Positions 59,627-64,000 of a stretch of DNA of 64,000 nt are shown piece after piece. Origin of the DNA: Curvularia clavata. Taxonomy: Eukaryota. The number at the start of each line of letters is the position of its first letter. Positions within the stretch are counted from its first letter, which is position 1. The stretch covers positions 3,162,001 through 3,226,000 of the forward strand of contig CP089276.1 in assembly GCA_023920165.1 (NCBI GenBank), written 5' to 3'. The notes beneath the pieces were generated by a model. It did not search any database. It saw only the letters and a list, made by a program, of their open reading frames with translations, and was not told where the DNA came from. Both the position numbers and the translations under genes were made by a program.

Positions 59627-60680
59627 ATGATCTTCCCTTCGTTTTTTCATATTCTTCTCTTCTTTCCATCATGTTTAGTTTACGGAGCCGTCGATGCGCA
59701 GATGCTGGGGTCGTGGTCTGCAAGTCACGGAAGTTTGTCCGCACGCCAGAATGGTAACAACAATGGGCCTGATACCAGCGCGTTCACCATCGTGAATGGA
59801 AGAATATTTACTCCCGGGCTAGGGATAATATTAGCAGTACGTCGACCTCCACATCAGCACAGAGGCACACGATGCTGATGAGAAGCCGTAGCCCCAACCC
59901 TTCACACCCATGGGTGGTGATTTCCTACATATTGCGCTCGACGTGTCTGGCGATGGAAAACTGCCTGTCCCTCCGCGCAATATAGCCGACCCACTCACAC
60001 AAGTCTTCAACTTTACACTCTTTCTTACCTCTACGATTACACAGAAGAACTTTACTATCTCAAACGTTACGACCTCCACACCACCGGTCGCCGATATATT
60101 AAATCAAGAGAGCGGACAGACTGTCAAGCACATAAACTTCGAATGGCCGGACTGTCTCGTTGGCGACAACAACGATGACGGAGTGACAGCAAGGGGTGAT
60201 TATAACATCAGCATTCATCAAAATTACCGACTCAACGGTGTGGACCGATACACAATCTTCAATCTTCCCATCAGCGTTACGAACAGTATCCAGCCGTTCC
60301 CTGGCGCTGGCCAATTAACCACAAAGCCCGCTCCGGGACCACTGAGCGCAAATGGAGGTCGCATGCCCTGCTCCATGCTTGAGAACCCGCTAGAGGACTT
60401 CCAAGTGCAGGTCAATAGCGTTAACAACCCACCGGGACAGCCGATGCGTGATATCCAGCTCCAGACCACCCCAAGAAGTGATGGTGGGCAAGTTGGCGCA
60501 AACGGTCAGGATAATGGGTCCGGGAGGTCTGGAAACGGACAAGGTGAGATAGCGCCAGGGCAGGGCAGAGGTGGTGCTGCATTGGGAGCAGCCGTGAAGA
60601 TGTCTAACGGGTCCTTTTCCGTGTTCATGATTGGCATGCTAGGAGTGGTCGTAGTGTTGTGCACGTCTGTGAGCTGGTGA
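59627..60680 (+). CDS. Uncharacterised secreted, probably GPI-anchored protein, 2 exons, 332 aa
   Basis: Signal peptide; intron 59837-59891 gives NGRIFTPGLGIILAPQPFTPMGGDFLHIALDVSGDG; Gly-rich linker and hydrophobic C-terminal tail. Confidence 0.85.
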
Positions 60681-61168
60681 GCTTTAATTCACATCAGACG
60701 GCAGCGCGGTTCGGTGGCTTTAATGAAATGAACGAGACGCTGAGATCAGCTTACACCTGTTCCCGTGTTCCCACGTGGGCATATCAGCTGATATTCGACT
60801 TAGCGAAGGCTTAAATTGAATCATCCCGGGTGGTTCGGAAGATATCGAGATGGAAAATGAACTCAGAGATAAGGATCGAACACGGCGGCGCGTGAAACGC
60901 CGACTTACGGCTATTGTTTATTTACAATTTACGGGTGGTTCAGATGCAGCACTCCCGCGTCCTGCCTTCTCACCATTCCTCTCCTCTATACATAACCCAA
61001 CAAGTCCGCCAATTGGGTGAATAAATACATGGATATACTTTCGATATATAACGAGAATTGCAAAGGAAATTCCTGAAGAATGAAACTATTCCGCCTTGGG
61101 TATTGAGTTCTTCATAACATCATACCTCCCCCCCTTTACTGTAAATAGTATCGAAGTGATAGTCTCCA

Positions 61169-63581
61169 CTACAATAGTACTTCGCTCAAGACCAGTAAAA
61201 CTCCAGTGTACACGATAACCAGCCCAGAACGTATGTATCGCCAGGCCATTCCGGAGTCTCTTTTCATCACCCTAGCATCTAGCCGTGGATAGGCTACCTG
61301 TGTTGCCTCGTCCCGGACAAGCAGCGTTTCCCGAGGTGGATTTGTTGGCGGGTTGAACATGTACGTAATTGGCACCAATGCAGAGCAGAAATATTGGAAC
61401 CAGAGGAGAGGAGGCCACCCGATTCGCGTTACTAGATATATCATCCGATCAGTGGCATTAGAGAAGTGTGGTAGAGGGACAATAGCACGGACATTGTGTC
61501 CGGTGGCGCGCATGCAGACCAAACTAACACTCACAAGGGATCCGATAATCAGCAAGACATGGATCCAGACCCAATGATGAAGAATTGTGACACGAAGGCG
61601 GCGCATAAGTGGCGCACGGCAAAGTGCATCTCGTTCTTGAAGGTCGCTTTGAATGCTTCCGGATGCAGTGAAGCCAACTGTAACGCCTCCAAGTCGTTTG
61701 GGCAATACGAAGGATCGGAACCAAGCCATGAAATAGTCTACACAATGTCAGAATTCGACGGCAATATTCGAGAAATGAAAAATTTACATGGTGACATCCA
61801 ATATTCTAGCTCGAGGTCATTTGAAGACAATCGCACTTCATACCAACCTCGTCCCAAGTAGAAGATGACGCCCATAATTGCTTGGTGAAACCAGCGACAG
61901 ACCGAGAAGATAACGGCAAAGCGGATCAACCATTTCAACTCGAAATCTTCATGCCAGATGACGATGGGGTATCCTGATATCAGTGAATAAGGAATGATGA
62001 TGTAGTTCAAAAAAAGTAGTATCTGGATGACTTGTCGCAAATCGGAAACAATACCAACGAGTCTTTGGGGCGGCGTCAGTAGTCTGCCGCGATTTCCGAA
62101 GAGACGAAGCCGAAACAATATAGACGTTTGTATATGTCCAATGAACCAACGCGTGCGTTGCTTGATATGAGCGACGAAGGAATCTGGAACCGAGCCATAC
62201 TGAACAGGGAGTTCGACAAATCGTGTTTTCCACCCAGCTCCTAGAAGTGTGGCGGAGCAGCATACATCTTCCGACAGTGACTCGACAGGAAAGCCCCCGA
62301 TGCTTTCGATTGCAGCGCGTCGCACAACATACCCAGAGCCCAAGCAGTCACCATGACCAAGGGCATCGTTAACAAGCTCGATAGTTCCAGCAAAATGATC
62401 CATGGATTGGGTCAACGGATCATTATTGGGTATGTCGTAAAAGGTTTGTGGGGGACATGCCAATGAAACATCCGGGTCGTCTACTAGATGTGGCATCATA
62501 GTCCTCAGCCAATGGGGTTCAGGGATCATGTCTGCGTCCAGCCCGGCTACAAACTCTGAAGGTGCACATCGAGGAGTCAAATTTGTGGGTGGCGACGGAA
62601 AATTAAAAGCAGGTGGCGAGGCTAGAGTCTGACAGCTGGTTTCTGAAGATAGTTCGTAGTAATGGACCTGGCTTGGCTGTCGCAGGGTTTGTGTATCAGC
62701 CTTCTCCCAGATGAACTCTTCCTCTGCTGACGGGTTGCTACTAATATCAGGTCTCCTTGCTTGTAGGTTGACGTTATAGCTTGAAGTGATTGGCAAATGG
62801 CGAGAGTAGTGGAGGGCATGGTTTAGATTGCCTGCCTTGTCTAGAAGAGGGAAAAAGTTAGATGCACCTCACGCAATTTAATTGCGTTCGAGAAAGGGAC
62901 AACAGAGTAGTTTTGTTATTAACTCACAGTCTTTGATAAGAGGATCTTTGATACGGGAAACGTAGTAGACGTTAGGATAAGCCTGGTGGAGGTTTTCCAC
63001 GGCATTCTTTACCTCTGCGGACGCGCCATCATCGCATACAAAAACACGAAACCTATCTCTTGGGTAGTCTAGCGCGCAAGCAGCCCGAGTAGTGTCCATG
63101 ATGACGTCGATATCCTCTCGGCAGCAAGTGATGAGAACGTCGACATTTGGAACATCATCTCCCATGAGTGCAGGCTTCGTTCTATCTGGCAAGCGAAATG
63201 CCATAACACGAAGAACATATGGCAATACATCCGGGACTATACAAGCTGATGATTAGGGATTTGAGAAAGAGAAGATAGTGGGTCAAACTCACACAAAGCC
63301 AGCAGCTCTCCAGCGAAGAAAATCCAAGCCAGCACAAGAGTGTGGGGCTTCTGAGCTTGAGCAACAGGCTTTCCTAACCTGATAGCAACTTGCGCAGAAA
63401 GGAGACATTTAAAACGATAGCCAATGTAAAACCCGAGAGATATGATAGTGCATAATGCACTGGAAGGAACGAATAGCCATACCGCCTGTCGCGTTCGTAT
63501 GCGCTCCATGACGACTGTAAAGATCCGAATGGCAAGATATATGCGAATCAACTGTTCATCACTGTTACTTATAAGAGACAT
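61169..63581 (-). CDS. Cellulose-synthase-like processive GT2 (CelA/Tft1-like beta-glucan synthase), 4 exons, about 739 aa
   Basis: Introns 63237-63292, 62841-62927, 61738-61787; VDVLITCC.E, DDG, KAGNLN, DADM, PQTF, SED, QRTRW and C-terminal TM helices. The start could instead be the ATG at 63509. Confidence 0.9.
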
Positions 63582-64000
63582 GGAGTCCGGGATGTTATGT
63601 TTTCGAGGCCCATCATAACAGATCTACAATGGCAATCTCCTGATTCCGATCTGCCATTTTGCCTCTCATAGGTGAATCCATCGTGTCCGCTCCAAATGCT
63701 AGGATTTAACAATCTCACCAAGCAGTCCCAACATCATCAACAAGTGGCTTCAACAATCTCAACGAGCAGCCTCAACTTCACATTAGTAGCTATCGTAAAC
63801 CTGAGTTATCTGAGAACATCCTCCCTGTGAACCGTATTGATGCTGCCTCGCGCATTATTTTTATTATTCACGACCAGCCACTATATCAACTTTTTGCTCA
63901 TTCTGCCATTCTTAGGTTGAAGAGCAAGCCTTTTCGCCGGCAGGAGGAGTACCGAATGGACAGTGCTTTGGAAAAGGAAACGACATCCCACAAACCTATG

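Noticed and set aside
62871..62887. ACGCAAT-TTA-ATTGCGT hairpin in GT2 intron 2
   Set aside because: A 7-bp stem can occur by chance; at most it shortens the effective intron length.
1..64000. tRNA, 5S rRNA, TPP riboswitch, CRISPR array, nested (stwintron) introns
   Set aside because: No GGTTCGANTCC in a cloverleaf context, no 5S or TPP core motifs, no repeat-spacer array, and the longer introns show no interrupted donor or acceptor. The search was by eye only.

Overview
This is gene-dense genomic DNA from a filamentous ascomycete. Introns are short GT-AG introns with CTRAY branch sites; Pezizomycotina is well supported, and Dothideomycetes is only a guess. I reconstructed 19 complete protein-coding genes by hand-splicing, plus one probable gene end at the left edge: RPL18, ADE2, a Tyr-rich secreted repeat protein, a 1407-aa HeLo/pseudokinase/IQ/serine-protease protein, Tudor-SN, an SDR, btgC (GH17), rds1-like ferritin-like protein, a small Met-rich GPI protein, TmpA-like flavoprotein, epoxide hydrolase-like enzyme, Seg1-like scaffold, Ayg1-like hydrolase, KRS1, Wee1/Swe1, secreted lactonase, a multi-pass membrane protein, an uncharacterised GPI protein and a cellulose-synthase-like GT2. 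No tRNA, rRNA, transposon or CRISPR array could be supported. The strongest candidate for an undescribed system is 9623-13893(-). A 47-nt intron joins two ORFs into an MLKL-like HeLo + pseudokinase module, two IQ motifs and a Nal1/Ssy5-type protease with an intact His/Asp/Ser triad. Next are two extensively base-paired non-coding elements (57490-58055 and 45211-45335). All family assignments come from recalled motifs, not database searches, and all RNA folds were done by eye.
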